From: Glycera tridactyla
Taxonomy: Eukaryota
Assembly: GCA_965644265.1 (NCBI GenBank)
Contig: OZ286462.1
Span: 29,450,001-29,514,000, forward strand
Length of the DNA: 64,000 nucleotides
Direction: 5' to 3'
In this document: one piece after another, positions 63,505 to 64,000 of the stretch
Layout: each line of letters opens with the position of its first letter
Numbering within the stretch: the stretch's first letter is position 1
Position numbers and translations under genes: made by a program
The notes under the pieces: generated by a model
Database searches by the model: none
Seen by the model: only the letters and a program-made list of their open reading frames with translations
Told to the model about the DNA's origin: nothing

Positions 63505-64000
63505 TTTGTTGTTTGTTTGTTTGAAGTTTAATGGCATGTATCAACCCTGGGGTTATGTATGCCGTGTGTTCCTGGTCAATGAAAGCTAGATGTTCTCTCC
63601 CCTGCAGACATCTCTCACAAACCCTGAACACAAGATGATGGGGAACCTGAATGGTTGTCAAGTGGAAGTGGCTAACAGTTCGGACACACCTCTACCTACT
63701 CTTCATGAACAAACTGAAACTACTGATGGAATATCTAACTATGTAACTGGCTGAAAGCCAACACTCAAGCCTGATAGCAACACTTTTTTTTTGCACAGCG
63801 CAGCACTTGACACAAGGAAAAGCATTAGATTTGGAGAATACTCAACCGATGTGTTCAATTACAAACTGTCAACTTCAAACCAGCTTTACAATCATTTCTT
63901 GCCCTATGCTCGCAGTACTCTGCCATCACACATCCTAGTAGCAACCCTAGTAACCCAGAACTGGTGTGCCTGGTACCCGCTTTTTGCATAGTGACAATAT
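63505..64000 (-). mobile_element. SINE-like family A copy, runs to the window edge
   Basis: Colinear with 18128-18625 over about 490 bp. Confidence 0.85.

Noticed and set aside
827-63991. Most short ORF-track entries (poly-HT/CV/LS/I/Y/P peptides and X-containing ORFs)
   Set aside because: They arise from microsatellites, homopolymers or read-through of N gaps.
58988-64000. Search for the first DCTD coding exon (YFMAxAxLSAxRSKDP)
   Set aside because: Not found by eye on the minus strand. Weak look-alikes near 61170 and 62350 are out of frame or contain stops. It probably lies beyond the window.

Overview
Gapped (11 N-runs), repeat-rich animal genomic scaffold. It is most likely a lophotrochozoan, probably an annelid; this is an inference from the DEG/ENaC subtype and repeat types. 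Three host genes could be assembled by hand. (1) A complete two-exon RWDD2A on + (15681-15869, 16277-16978). (2) A DEG/ENaC-family channel on - with a 1524-nt main exon (26262-24739) and a 93-nt first coding exon about 8 kb upstream (34346-34254). The ORF track misses this exon; it is tandemly duplicated and has KG where the family normally has HG. (3) The last three coding exons of dCMP deaminase (DCTD) on - (58987-58852, 58136-57923, 57043-56953); the first coding exon was not found in the window. The rest is mostly mobile DNA: about 17 TA-flanked CAGT...ACTG MITEs, a SINE-like family with a hairpin plus (AAAC/AATC)n tail (two copies have clear target-site duplications), CR1/L2, I/Nimb and RTE-X-like LINE fragments, a pearl/HINE-like element, and several tandem repeats. 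The most striking unannotated signal is two complete minimal type-I hammerhead ribozyme motifs facing each other (11691-11730 on +, 12237-12202 on -). Each sits in its own element bounded by (AAT)n, which suggests microsatellite-associated Penelope-like or retrozyme-like elements.
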